Source: Gemmatimonadota bacterium (GTDB lineage Bacteria; Gemmatimonadota; Gemmatimonadetes; Palauibacterales; Palauibacteraceae). From it: a stretch of 64,000 bases of DNA. Both the position numbers and the translations under genes were made by a program. Each line of letters begins with the position of its first letter. Within the stretch, counting starts at the first letter, position 1. Under the pieces are notes generated by a model, which saw only the letters and a program-made list of their open reading frames with translations, was not told where the DNA came from and did no database searches. Shown here in pieces: positions 28,899 to 38,509 of this stretch. The stretch spans positions 5,976 through 69,975 of the forward strand of contig OY282356.1 of assembly GCA_958295535.1 (NCBI GenBank). Direction: 5' to 3'.

Positions 28899-29090
28899 GC
28901 GCGCGGAACCGGCGGGGAGTGGAAATCGATGAGTTGTAGCGCCGAGCGCCCCGAACCCGGACGTCGGAACGCTGACGATCTGCCGGGAGCGTAGAAATCG
29001 ATGAGCGCTGTAACGCCGGTCCCGGCCGGCCGGCGTCGATCCGCCGCGCGCGGAACCGGCAGGGGGAGCGGATGTCGATGACTTGTAGTT
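28899..29090. repeat. Intergenic repeats: ~45-bp direct repeat ccgcgcgcggaaccggc[g/a]ggg..g(a/g)aatcgatga(g/c)ttgtag x2, plus a third shorter copy gtagaaatcgatgagcgctgtaacgcc
   Basis: Seen directly, between folE and the downstream Trm112-like gene. Confidence 0.6.
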
Positions 29091-29112
29091 CTGGTATCGG
29101 TCCGGCGGTGCC

Positions 29113-29850
29113 GTGCCGCGTGCTGCCGTGTTTCTAGAGCTGGGAGAGGCGCTCGACTGTCCCGAGTGCAGGGAGGCGGCCGGGCTGGTGGCATTCGTGG
29201 ACCGGGCGGAAGGTCGCCGCGTTATCGAAGGTCGGCTCGGCTGCCCGCTGTGCGAGCTCGCCGCGCCGGTTCGTCGGGGGACAATTCGCTTCGATCTCGT
29301 TGTAGGGGGCGTGGCCGGAGCATCCGGTTCCTCCGGAACAGAGTCGCAGCGTCCGGCCACGCCCCCGGAGCGCGCCGACCGGCGCGGCGAGTCCGGCGAC
29401 GCCGACGATGCGCTTCGCATCGGTGCGCTGCTGGGCGTGACGGGTAGCAGCGGCATGACATTCCTCTTGGGGCCGGGGCTGGCCAAGCATGCCCCGGCGG
29501 TCGCCCGCATGTGCGACCGCGGAGAAGTCATCGCGTGGCAGGACGCCGCCGCATCCCGCGCCGCCGCACTGGACTTGGCGGGCTTGACCGCCGGGGTGAA
29601 TCCGCTGCGGGGCGCCCAACCAGAGAGCTGGCCCGTAAGGTCCGGCGCGCTGCATGGAGTGGCGCTTGACGGGGCACAGGCCCTCTCCGGCTCGGAGATC
29701 GCGCGCTGCATACGGGTTGGCGGGCGTATCGTCATCCTGTCCCCCGCCCCCGAGCGCTCCGGCGTGCTTGCTCGGCCGGACTTCGCGGAGCTCGCTGGCA
29801 GCGAGACCGCCTGGGTCGGCGAACGAAAGGCGCCGACGGCAACGATCTGA
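29113..29850 (+). CDS. Hypothetical protein with N-terminal Trm112-like zinc-ribbon (CPECR...CPLCE)
   Basis: 'FLELGEALDCPECREAAGL....GRLGCPLCELAAPVRRGTIRF' resembles Trm112/DUF343. The remainder is Ala/Gly-rich and uncharacterised. Confidence 0.4.
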   Translation: MPRAAVFLELGEALDCPECREAAGLVAFVDRAEGRRVIEGRLGCPLCELAAPVRRGTIRFDLVVGGVAGASGSSGTESQRPATPPERADRRGESGDADDALRIGALLGVTGSSGMTFLLGPGLAKHAPAVARMCDRGEVIAWQDAAASRAAALDLAGLTAGVNPLRGAQPESWPVRSGALHGVALDGAQALSGSEIARCIRVGGRIVILSPAPERSGVLARPDFAELAGSETAWVGERKAPTATI

Positions 29851-29930
29851 TCGCGCCGCGCGGGACTGCGAGACGCCAGCGCGGGGCTGCGAGGCGAACG
29901 AAAGGCGCCGGCGACAACGATCTGATCGCG
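29815..29930. repeat. ~40-bp direct repeat gcgaacgaaaggcgccg.cg.caacgatctgatcgcg x2 (76 bp apart); first copy overlaps the stop of the upstream gene
   Basis: Seen directly. Confidence 0.6.
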
Positions 29931-30127
29931 GTTGGTCGGCCTCCGTCTCGAACACGGTATTCACGGGGACGGAAAATGGACCCCGGCGGAGTGGCGGATT
30001 GGGCGATTGCCCGCGGGCAAGAGTGCGGTTACGTTCTCATCACTGGGGGTAGGCCCCGGGGGAAGCTTGGGGGGCGAGGCAGCTAGTCTTCCGGACAGAG
30101 CTGCCACGGGAAGATGGGTGGTGGTTT

Positions 30128-30565
30128 ATGGTTTTTCTGAAGCTATGGGGCCGCAACGGCAATAATCAGCAGAGCCAGCCGGACTACTACGAGGAAGGCG
30201 TGGCTCTGATTCGGCAGGAGTTCTACCACAAGGCGCTGATCTCGCTTCGCCTCGCTCTAAAATACAATCAGCAAGATGCTGCCGCCCTTGAACAGATGGC
30301 CATCGCCTACACGCGCATCGGGTTGACCCGCGATGCCATTCGCGCCTATCGGACAGCGCTCGACAAGCGTCCCGGCGGCCCCTCTTTGCACTACGGGTTG
30401 GGGTGTCTTCTGCTGGAGGCGGGCGCTCGCGAAGAGGCGGCGCGGCACTTCCGCGACTTCCTCGATTATGCGCCGCGCGACTGGGGCCGTCCGGGAGAGC
30501 TGGAGCACGCCCGCGGCGCGCTGGAGGAGCTTCGAATGGCGGTAGCCGAGGCCTCTCCCGTCTGA
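30128..30565 (+). CDS. Tetratricopeptide-repeat (TPR) protein
   Basis: Three TPR-like helical repeats (ALISLRLALKYNQQDAAALEQMAIAY..., AIRAYRTALDKRPG...). Confidence 0.55.
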   Translation: MVFLKLWGRNGNNQQSQPDYYEEGVALIRQEFYHKALISLRLALKYNQQDAAALEQMAIAYTRIGLTRDAIRAYRTALDKRPGGPSLHYGLGCLLLEAGAREEAARHFRDFLDYAPRDWGRPGELEHARGALEELRMAVAEASPV

Positions 30566-30567
30566 CC

Positions 30568-32418
30568 ATGTCCACCGGCCGTCCGAGCTCTTCCAGTCCG
30601 CTGCCGGACGACTACCGTCCCGGCACCCTGGCGGAATTGTTCCTTGACGGTCTGTCGCGGCCCCGCGATGACGCGATCCTCTCGCGCGAGCCGGACGGCA
30701 GCTGGACATCCGTCTCCTCCGATGAAGCCGGCCGGCGCGTACGAGCCATCGCGCTGGGGCTACGGGCCGCGGGCTTCGGGCCCGGCGACCGGGTAGCGAT
30801 CCTCTCGCATAGCCGTCCCGAGTGGGCGCTGGCCGACTGGGGCATCATCATGGCCCGGCTGGCATCGGTGCCCGTCTACCCGGTGCTGCCCGCCGGCCAG
30901 ATCGGCTACATACTCGCCGACTCCGGTGCGCGCGCGGTATTCGTCGAGGATCAGGAACAGCTGGACAAAGTGGCGCAAGCGAAGGACGATCTTCCCGATC
31001 TCGAGCTGGCGATCGCCTTCGAGAGCGTCGAGCCGGCCGATGTCCCCGGTCTGACCACAGTCGGACTTGACGACTTTTGCCAACGGGGCGGCTCCGCCCC
31101 CGAAGAAATGGCCTCCACCTACGAGTCGTTCGCTCGGGAGACCGAGCCGGAAGACTTGGCGACGGTCATCTACACCTCCGGCACGACGGGCGACCCGAAG
31201 GGCGTCATGCTCACCCACGCCAACTTCCACTCGAACGCCGAGCTGGCCGTGCGCGTCTTTCCGCTCGACCGGCACGATGTGTTCCTCTCGATTCTGCCGC
31301 TTGCGCACGTGTTCCAGCGGACGGTCGGCCACTACATAATGTGGCGCGTCGGCATCACCGTCGCGTACGCCGAGTCGCCCAACACTATCGCCCGCGACCT
31401 CGGCGAAGTCTCTCCGACGATCATGGCTGCCGTGCCGCGCGTGTTCGAGAAGGTTCAGGAGAGGGCTCGTACGGCGGCGCTCGAGGCGGGAGGCATCAAG
31501 GAGCGGATATTCGGATGGGCCCGGGATGTGGGCGAGCGGTGCGCTGCCGCGCTGCTCGAAGGGCGGCGGCCCGGGATCGTTCTCCGCTGCCAGGCCGCCG
31601 TTGCGGACCGCTTGGTCTTTTCCAAGCTGCGCGCACGAACCGGAGGCAGAGTCCGGTACTTCGTGAGTGGCGGCGCGCCGCTCGCGCCCTCCGTGGGCCT
31701 CTTCTTCTTCGCCGCGAAGCTGCCCATCATCGAGGGCTACGGTCTCACGGAGACTTCTCCCGTACTCACCGTAAACCCGGCGGATGCCATCCGGTTGGGC
31801 AGTGTCGGGCGACCCATCCCGGGCACGGAGCTCCGCATCGCGGAGGACGGGGAGGTGCTCGCGCGCGGTCCCCAGGTCATGGCGGGCTACTACGGCAAAC
31901 CGCGGCAGACGGCCGAGGTTATTGACGACGAGGGTTGGTTCAGCACCGGGGATGTGGGCGCGATCGACGAGGAAGGCTACCTCAGGATCACCGACCGAAA
32001 GAAGGACCTGCTGATCACCGCGTACGGCAAGAATATCGCGCCGCAGCCGGTCGAAGCCGAGATCAAACGGCACCCCTTCATCGCGGAGGTCGTGATGTTG
32101 GGAGACCAGCGCAAGTTCCCGATGGTCGTCGTGGTGCCGGACTTCGACGCCATCCGCCTGGCGCATCCGGAGATGGCCGAAGCGGCTGCCGGGCTGGACA
32201 TCACGCCGCGCATCCGGACTCTCGTGGAGCAGGCCGTGGAGCAAGGCAGCGCCCAATTCGCGAAGTACGAGCAGCCGCGGAAAGCGCTGGTCGTCCCTGG
32301 TCCCTTCACTATCGAGGGCGGGGAGCTGACCCCGACGCTCAAGGTGAAGCGCCGGGTCATCGAGAGCCGGTTCGCCGACGAGATCGACGCGTTGTACGAG
32401 CGGGCCGAAGGGTCGTGA
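30568..32418 (+). CDS. Long-chain-fatty-acid--CoA ligase (AMP-dependent synthetase/ligase)
   Basis: AMP-binding motif IYTSGTTGDPKGVMLTH, YGLTETS, GWFSTGDVG, K-terminal motif. ATG 30568 is 2 nt after the TPR gene stop. Confidence 0.88.
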   Translation: MSTGRPSSSSPLPDDYRPGTLAELFLDGLSRPRDDAILSREPDGSWTSVSSDEAGRRVRAIALGLRAAGFGPGDRVAILSHSRPEWALADWGIIMARLASVPVYPVLPAGQIGYILADSGARAVFVEDQEQLDKVAQAKDDLPDLELAIAFESVEPADVPGLTTVGLDDFCQRGGSAPEEMASTYESFARETEPEDLATVIYTSGTTGDPKGVMLTHANFHSNAELAVRVFPLDRHDVFLSILPLAHVFQRTVGHYIMWRVGITVAYAESPNTIARDLGEVSPTIMAAVPRVFEKVQERARTAALEAGGIKERIFGWARDVGERCAAALLEGRRPGIVLRCQAAVADRLVFSKLRARTGGRVRYFVSGGAPLAPSVGLFFFAAKLPIIEGYGLTETSPVLTVNPADAIRLGSVGRPIPGTELRIAEDGEVLARGPQVMAGYYGKPRQTAEVIDDEGWFSTGDVGAIDEEGYLRITDRKKDLLITAYGKNIAPQPVEAEIKRHPFIAEVVMLGDQRKFPMVVVVPDFDAIRLAHPEMAEAAAGLDITPRIRTLVEQAVEQGSAQFAKYEQPRKALVVPGPFTIEGGELTPTLKVKRRVIESRFADEIDALYERAEGS

Positions 32419-32437
32419 CAAGGCGGCGGGAGCTGCG

Positions 32438-32755
32438 GTGACCGGTGTCGTGGCCGCGTTTGTCACGGGGCCCGACCGGGACGACCTGATTCGGCTTGCC
32501 CGAACTTTGGTCGAAGAGCGGCTGGTCGCCTGCATGAACATCATCGACGGAGTCACCTCGGTCTATCGCTGGCAATCCGAGGTGCGGGCCGATCACGAGG
32601 CCATGGGCGTTCTCAAAACGACAGGGGAGCTGGCCGAAGAGGTCGCGCAGCGGGTCCGGGAGCTGCATCCCTATGATGTTCCCGAGATCATCTTCTTGCC
32701 TGTGACCAGCGGTTCTCGGCCTTATCTGGACTGGGTCGCCAGCGCGCTGAAGTAG
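32438..32755 (+). CDS. cutA: Divalent-cation tolerance protein CutA
   Basis: 'VVAAFVTGPDRDD...LVACMNII.GVTSVYRWQSEV..DHEAMGVLKT...HPYDVPEIIFLPV' is typical of CutA1. Confidence 0.82.
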   Translation: MTGVVAAFVTGPDRDDLIRLARTLVEERLVACMNIIDGVTSVYRWQSEVRADHEAMGVLKTTGELAEEVAQRVRELHPYDVPEIIFLPVTSGSRPYLDWVASALK

Positions 32756-32803
32756 AGGAGGCCGGAGGAGCGCCTTAGCGCAAGAAGAGGCGCAAGAAAT
32801 CTC

Positions 32804-34360
32804 TTAGCGCAGAACGAGCTGCAACAAGACCAGGATCGTTCCGATCACCCCGCCGAGCAGGTATCCGAGGCGGATGATGAGATCAAGCTCGCGCTGGCTG
32901 ATGTCCCGGACCAGCTTCTCGAGCTGCTGAAGAGGGAACGCCTCGATCTTCGCGGATATCCGGTCGGCGATCCGGATTCGCTTGGCCACCTCGGGCACTT
33001 GGCCCGCGATCCACGCCCAGGCCGGAGGGGCCAGGATGTCCGCCAAACGCGCGGCCGCGTCCTCCCGCAGGAAGCGGTCAAGCCGGCCGACCGGCGAGTT
33101 CAGCATCCGGTCGGCGAGGGGTTCGGCGACCGAGTCGAACAGCACCCGGCCGGGATCGGAACGGAGCCCTACGGCGGCCCAGCCGGCCACGCGCTCGGCC
33201 GGCACGGCCCGCAGCACATCCGCCCAGCTGCGTTCGCCCAGGCGTGCAAGCAGCCCCTCGATCTGGTCCAGCAGGAAGCTGCGCGACGCGGAGTTGCGGG
33301 CGCCCGCCACCAGCCACTTGGCAATGGAGTCGAGGGCGCTCTCGAGATGATGGCCGCCCTCGCCACCGAGAACCTTGGAGGTCGGACGGCGCAAGAACTC
33401 GACGACCGCCTCGTTGACGTTGCGAGTCATCGCCTCCTGCACCTCGGGCTCGCGCAGGACCTCTCCCATCCGGTCGGCGCCCTCCGCTTCAAGGGTGTTC
33501 AACGCCCTGGTCACGGTTTCCTGGGTGACGATCAACTTGGCGACCACTCGCTGATGGAAGCGGAGATCCCTCATGAAGCGTTCGAGCAACTGCCCGATCA
33601 TCCGCTCTACCCGCGCCCGTGTCGCCGGATCTTCCAGCAACCGGCCGAGCCTCTCCATCGCAAGCGGGAGGTAGTCCTTTAGCGCATGTTCGAGCGCCGC
33701 CACCACGCCAGGGGGGATAAGCTGCTCCAGCGTATTCCCGGGCTTCAGGATGTGCCGGGCGGCCTGGTTCAGATGCCACCGCACGGTGGTGTCGAGTGCG
33801 CCGGAGTCGACCAGCCGAACCAGCCAGTCCTCGATAACTTGGCGAGCAGCCGCGATCCGCTCGACGTCGACGGTGTCCGACAGGCGGTCTTCGCTCAACG
33901 ATTCGAGAACGGATTCGACTAGTCGGCTCGCCTCCTCTCCGAACTCTGGCGTGTCGAGAGTGTCGGCCAGGAGGCCGCGTCCCTCCGCAAGCAGCCGCAT
34001 GAGGAGGCGTCTGATCTCGACCAGCGCGTCCTCGGGCAAGACATCCGCCAGGGCGGGCAACTCGCCTTCGGTCAGCTCCAGCGCAAGATCATGGAGCCGT
34101 TCCCGAAAGGTGTCCTCGAGGTCTCCCAGCTCGGAGGCGATGTCTTCCGGGGTCAGGAGAGCGCCTCCCACGACGCCGCCCACGGAATCCGCGATCCGTT
34201 TTCGGTTCTTCGGTACCGCCCCCTGCAGCCATCCGATGGTCCGGCCGAGCGGCGCCGGCGGCACGTAGGGGTGGAAGAGCATCCACACCGCGACCCTGTT
34301 GGTAAGTCCGCCCGCGAGGGCTCCGAACGCGATTGTGAGTGCGGCCTGCAGCCACTCCAT
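32804..34360 (-). CDS. DUF445-family membrane-associated protein (YjiN-like)
   Basis: 'MEWLQAALTIAFGALAGGLTNRVAVWMLFHP' N-terminus and C-terminal 'RLGYLLGGVIGTILVLLQL'. Start ATG 34360 chosen over track start 34555. Confidence 0.5.
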   Translation of the reverse strand: MEWLQAALTIAFGALAGGLTNRVAVWMLFHPYVPPAPLGRTIGWLQGAVPKNRKRIADSVGGVVGGALLTPEDIASELGDLEDTFRERLHDLALELTEGELPALADVLPEDALVEIRRLLMRLLAEGRGLLADTLDTPEFGEEASRLVESVLESLSEDRLSDTVDVERIAAARQVIEDWLVRLVDSGALDTTVRWHLNQAARHILKPGNTLEQLIPPGVVAALEHALKDYLPLAMERLGRLLEDPATRARVERMIGQLLERFMRDLRFHQRVVAKLIVTQETVTRALNTLEAEGADRMGEVLREPEVQEAMTRNVNEAVVEFLRRPTSKVLGGEGGHHLESALDSIAKWLVAGARNSASRSFLLDQIEGLLARLGERSWADVLRAVPAERVAGWAAVGLRSDPGRVLFDSVAEPLADRMLNSPVGRLDRFLREDAAARLADILAPPAWAWIAGQVPEVAKRIRIADRISAKIEAFPLQQLEKLVRDISQRELDLIIRLGYLLGGVIGTILVLLQLVLR

Positions 34361-35316
34361 TACGGAAAAGGCAGGTTGACGGTGACGCCCGAGTAGCGGA
34401 ACCCTTGGCCGTCGCCGGCGAGGAGCGCTTCGAGCCTGACAGCCCTCGGCCAGTCGGCACCACTTCTTCCATCCGAAACGGCGCCGGTCGGCGACTCCCC
34501 GGTTGCGGGCCGGAAGCTGCCCGTCAGCCCGGCCTCCGGTATCTCGAAGCGCCACCCTGGGCCGGCCGCTCCTCCTTCGCCGGTGGCCGCTTCTCCTTCG
34601 ACCGGTGCCAGCGTCACCCTGCCCCAGCTACCCTCCGCGCCGTTTATCCAGGTGTGGGCCGCGGCGGGATTGCCCGGCGTTCCTTCGTGAACCAGGAATG
34701 CGTTCCCAAGCGAATCGGCGCAGAGAAAGGTTCGTCCACCGGCGGCCGATGCTGGAGCGTCAAGAGCTCGCGCGGCCCGCCGGAAGAACAGGATGCCGGA
34801 GATCGCCTCCTCTCCAGTATCCAGATGGGCCAGCGCAAGCGACTCCCGCTGTCCGGTCGGACCCGTCCAGTCGGAGACGTTCTGGCCGATGCTCAGCTGC
34901 CAAGGCGCTTCCTCGCCCTCGCCAGAGAAACGAAGTCTCGCGATCTGGCCCTGGTCTCCGATCAGCACGGACATCCCGGCGGCAGGGAGAACTCGCCACG
35001 CCGCCCGGGGAGCGGGCAGCGTGTCCTGTACGCGAAGCAGCGTCGTCCAGTCGGCGGCTCTGCCCGCCACTCCCACATCATACGTCCGCATCAGCCGGCG
35101 CCCGCGAGCCGCCTGGTCGAAAGAGCCGTATAGCGTCGTCCCATCCGCGGCCACGAAGAGCACGTGCGTGAGGTAGCGGGCGTCGACCGTGGCAGGCGGG
35201 ATGTCGCGCCCCGCCGCGCTGCCCGCGTCCGCCTCGCCCTCCGAGGATGTCCCGCCGCATGCGCACAGTAGCGGAACGAGAGCGGCCCGGAGGCAGCCTC
35301 CGGCGCGCGCGGCCAA
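34360..35316 (-). CDS. Hypothetical lipoprotein
   Basis: Lipobox ...LVPLLCACGG. TTG 35316 gives an 18-aa signal peptide and avoids overlap with the upstream gene (the track start 35412 overlaps it). Confidence 0.4.
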   Translation of the reverse strand: MAARAGGCLRAALVPLLCACGGTSSEGEADAGSAAGRDIPPATVDARYLTHVLFVAADGTTLYGSFDQAARGRRLMRTYDVGVAGRAADWTTLLRVQDTLPAPRAAWRVLPAAGMSVLIGDQGQIARLRFSGEGEEAPWQLSIGQNVSDWTGPTGQRESLALAHLDTGEEAISGILFFRRAARALDAPASAAGGRTFLCADSLGNAFLVHEGTPGNPAAAHTWINGAEGSWGRVTLAPVEGEAATGEGGAAGPGWRFEIPEAGLTGSFRPATGESPTGAVSDGRSGADWPRAVRLEALLAGDGQGFRYSGVTVNLPFP

Positions 35317-35371
35317 GCCGTCGGGCCGGTTGGTCCCGGTCGGCGCTTTCCCCCGATGGTAGCGAATGCGC

Positions 35372-35815
35372 CTACTCCTGCGGCGAGTTGGCGTTCGGCG
35401 CGCCCATGTCAAGCCTCGCCTCCGGGCCGAGAGCCTCGTCGAGCGAACGAAGCATCCGGTCGATCCGCCGCCGGTTCACGCCGAAGTCGGAGATTCCTCG
35501 CTGCGCCTGAGAGAGCGCGTCGACCCGCGTAAGCCCGTTCTCGTCAAGGGTCATCCAGATCGTCAAGTCGTCGATAAAGCGGAAGACCCGCGATGCGCAC
35601 CTCACGCTGATCAACCCCGCGCTATCGTCGGCATGCGTCACATCCCACCCGCGGCGCTCCCGTGCGTAAGCGATGAGCTCGCCCCAGGCGTCGTAGAAGG
35701 GGGTCGCGTACAGGCGCGGCTCGGGCCCGTCCGGGCGGCGAGTGTCCGCCGAGTTCTCGCGGAACCACGGGCGGTGCGCCTCTCCGGATTCCGATTCGTC
35801 CCTGCTATCCATCAA
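35372..35815 (-). CDS. DUF1499-like hypothetical protein
   Basis: 'SVRCASRVFRFIDDLTIWM..DENG.TRVDALSQAQRGISDFGVNRRRI' resembles DUF1499. Confidence 0.4.
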   Translation of the reverse strand: MMDSRDESESGEAHRPWFRENSADTRRPDGPEPRLYATPFYDAWGELIAYARERRGWDVTHADDSAGLISVRCASRVFRFIDDLTIWMTLDENGLTRVDALSQAQRGISDFGVNRRRIDRMLRSLDEALGPEARLDMGAPNANSPQE

Positions 35816-35825
35816 AGTGTTGCCA

Positions 35826-36033
35826 TCCCCTCATCCGCATGTTGCCGCAAAATAGTATCTCGTTCCGGTTGCCGAGGACCGCCGCCGGGTCGCCGTCCCC
35901 TCATCCCAATGTTGCCGTCCCGTCGTCTCTCGTTCCGGTTGCCGAGGACCGCCGCCGGGTCGCCGTCCCCTCATCCCAATGTTGCCGTCCCATCGTCTCT
36001 CGTTCCGGTTGCCGAGGACCGCCGCCGCCGGAT
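35826..36033. repeat. ~3.5 copies of a 70-bp tandem repeat (tcgttccggttgccgaggaccgccgccgggtcgccgtcccctcatcccaatgttgccgtcccgtcgtctc) upstream of the nucleotidyltransferase gene
   Basis: Seen directly. Copies at ~35860-35929 and 35930-35999, with partial copies at both ends. Not CRISPR-like (no unique spacers). Confidence 0.8.
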
Positions 36034-36138
36034 AGCTTTTCGCTTGGCGGAAGAGGGCGCTCTTCTGGCGGACGCCCCTTGCGCCGACCTCCGCGTTCCG
36101 GATCGCCAGCGAAGCTCCCCGGAGACCGAAACTCAGAC

Positions 36139-37125
36139 ATGCAGGCCATAATACCACTGGCGGGCAAGGGTACAAGAGTACGACCCCATACCCATTCCCG
36201 CCCCAAGCCCTTGTTGCGCGTGGCCAACCGGCCCGTTCTCTCGTACGTGATCGAACAGCTCCGGGCCGAAGGCGTCGACGACTTCATCTTCATTACAGGA
36301 CACTTGGCCTCTCGGATTCAGGCCTACATGCGGGAAGAGTATCCCGGTCTCGCCGTCACCTATGTGGAACAATCTCGCCAGCGCGGCACCGCGGATGCGA
36401 TCGCTCTGGCGGAGCCGCACGTTGCCGGCCCCGTTTTTATCGTGTTCGTCGACACGCTCTTCGACGCGGACTTCGGCATCCTGCAGCGCAGGTCCGCCGA
36501 CTCGGGCATAATCTGGGCCAAGGAGGTCGAGGACTACCAGCAATTCGGGGTGATCGTCACCGACAGAAACGGGTATATGGAGCGGATCGTGGAGAAGCCG
36601 GATACGCCCGTCTCGAAGCTGGCCAACATCGGAGTCTACTTCGTGAGAGACTATGAGCTGATGTTCGAGGGTGTCAGCCATGTGTTGGGCCAAGACCCGA
36701 ACAAGGGCGAATACTTTCTCACCGACGCCTTTCAGTACATGATCGACAAGGGCGCTCGCCTGTTCACGGCGGAGGCGAACGGCTGGTTCGATTGCGGAAA
36801 GCCGGAGACGCTGCTCGCGACGAACCGCGTCATGCTCGAGCGAGGACACGGCGGCATGGATGACTTTGGACATTCCGTGACTGTGTCCGGGGCGGTGGCG
36901 GTGGCTCCCGGCGTGTCGGTCGAGGAGTGCGCGCTGGGTCCCGGCGTCAGCGTTGCGTCGCGGAGCAGGCTCAGCGGCTCGCGGATTCGCAACTCGATCA
37001 TCGGCAGGGAGTGCATAGTCGAAGGGTGCGAGCTGGCGGACTCGGTGATTGGCGACAGGGTAGCGCTGCGCGGAGTGCGCGGAAGCGTGAATGTGGGAGA
37101 CGACTGCACGGTCGAGGCGCCGTGA
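36139..37125 (+). CDS. Sugar-1-phosphate nucleotidylyltransferase (RmlA/GlmU-like N-domain + left-handed beta-helix C-domain)
   Basis: 'MQAIIPLAGKGTRVRPHTHSRPKPLL' NTP-transferase motif. C-terminal hexapeptide repeats (GVSVEECALGPGVSVASRSRLSGSRIRNSIIG...). The track start 35839 lies inside the tandem repeats. Confidence 0.75.
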   Translation: MQAIIPLAGKGTRVRPHTHSRPKPLLRVANRPVLSYVIEQLRAEGVDDFIFITGHLASRIQAYMREEYPGLAVTYVEQSRQRGTADAIALAEPHVAGPVFIVFVDTLFDADFGILQRRSADSGIIWAKEVEDYQQFGVIVTDRNGYMERIVEKPDTPVSKLANIGVYFVRDYELMFEGVSHVLGQDPNKGEYFLTDAFQYMIDKGARLFTAEANGWFDCGKPETLLATNRVMLERGHGGMDDFGHSVTVSGAVAVAPGVSVEECALGPGVSVASRSRLSGSRIRNSIIGRECIVEGCELADSVIGDRVALRGVRGSVNVGDDCTVEAP

Positions 37126-37273
37126 CTGGCCGCCGCCACCGCAAAGCGGGCGTCCGGGAGGCATCGAGTGAACTTTCCGCCCCGTCGCGTCGCTGTCGGC
37201 GCGTAGGCCGGCGTCGTGGGCCTGAGCGCCGTCGTGCGCCTGAACCGGCGACAAGAAGGGGAGCGAGCCCGGG

Positions 37274-38509
37274 TTGAAGCGTGAAGAGCTGATCTACGAC
37301 TGGAACGAGCGGAGCGGGAAAAGCTACGCCGGCGTGTCGGTCGAGCTCAACGACGAGACGCTGAGAGACGGTCTCCAAAGCCCGTCCGCGACAGACCCTC
37401 CGGTCGAGCAGAAGATAGAACTCCTCCACGCGATGGTGGACCTCGGCATCCACTCTGCCGACCTCGGCCTGCCCGGGGCCGGACCCAAGGCGTACGATGC
37501 CGTCCTCCGCCTGGCGCGCGAGATCGTCGCGAACGACCTGCCACTGTCTCCCAATGCCGCGGCCCGCACCGTACGCGCGGACATCGAGCCGATCGCGCGA
37601 ATCCAGCAAGCGACGGGGCTCCAGTTGGAGGTCGGCGCCTTCATCGGGAGCTCTCCGATCCGTCTTTACGCCGAGGGATGGGACATAGATCGCGTTCTCT
37701 CCGCGACGCGCGAGGCGATATCCTTCGCGGTCGGCGAGGGACTGGAAGTGATGTACGTGACGGAGGACACGACGCGGTCGCAGCCGGAGACGCTGGCCAA
37801 GCTCTTCAAGGCCGCGATAGAGACGGGCGCCGGACGGATCTGCCTGGCGGACACTGTCGGGCACGCTACGCCTAATGGCGTGCGCCAGCTCGTCCGCTTT
37901 ACCAAGAACTTCCTCTCCAGCATCGGATCGTCCGCCAAGATCGACTGGCACGGGCACAGAGACCGGGGATTCGGTCTGGCCAACGCCCTGGCGGCGATAG
38001 AGGAAGGGGCCGACCGGATCCACGCGACCGCTCTGGGTCTCGGAGAGCGGATAGGGAATGTGGAGATGGACCTTCTGCTGGTTAATCTTCACCTGCTCGG
38101 AATTCACCGGCACCCGATCGATCGTCTCACCGACTACTGCCGGACTACGGCGGCGATGTGCGGGATAGAGGTGCCCCACAACTATCCCGTGATCGGGGAT
38201 GACGCTTTTCGCACCGGAACCGGAGTGCATGCGGCCGCGATCATAAAGGCGATGGAGAAGGGGGACGGCTGGCTCGATGACTATGTCTACAGCGGCATTC
38301 CGGCTTCGATCGTGGGCCGTAGCCAAGTCATCGAGGTCTCGCCGGTCTCGGGGTTGAGCAATGTGCGCTACTGGCTGACCAGCAACGGATACGATGCCGA
38401 GGACGACGAACTTTGCGAAGCGGTGCTGCGGCTGGCCAAGCGATGCGACCATACGCTCACGCGCGAGCAGATCGAGAGGCAAGTCTTGCGGGCGGGAGCG
38501 GCGGAGTGA
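37274..38509 (+). CDS. HMGL-like family enzyme (2-isopropylmalate/homocitrate/citramalate synthase-like)
   Basis: 'ETLRDGLQSP', 'DTVGHATPNGV', 'HGHRDRGFGLANALAAIEEGADRIHATALGLGERIGN' are DRE-TIM HMGL-like motifs. Confidence 0.72.
   Translation: MKREELIYDWNERSGKSYAGVSVELNDETLRDGLQSPSATDPPVEQKIELLHAMVDLGIHSADLGLPGAGPKAYDAVLRLAREIVANDLPLSPNAAARTVRADIEPIARIQQATGLQLEVGAFIGSSPIRLYAEGWDIDRVLSATREAISFAVGEGLEVMYVTEDTTRSQPETLAKLFKAAIETGAGRICLADTVGHATPNGVRQLVRFTKNFLSSIGSSAKIDWHGHRDRGFGLANALAAIEEGADRIHATALGLGERIGNVEMDLLLVNLHLLGIHRHPIDRLTDYCRTTAAMCGIEVPHNYPVIGDDAFRTGTGVHAAAIIKAMEKGDGWLDDYVYSGIPASIVGRSQVIEVSPVSGLSNVRYWLTSNGYDAEDDELCEAVLRLAKRCDHTLTREQIERQVLRAGAAE

Noticed and set aside
28118-29735. ORFs 28118..29194(-) and 28806..29735(-)
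   Set aside because: Antisense to folE and the Trm112-like gene. Low-complexity Arg/Ala/Pro-rich translations.
35826-36033. Possible CRISPR array (regular 70-bp repeats)
   Set aside because: Units are contiguous with no unique spacers. Pure tandem repeat, no cas genes nearby.
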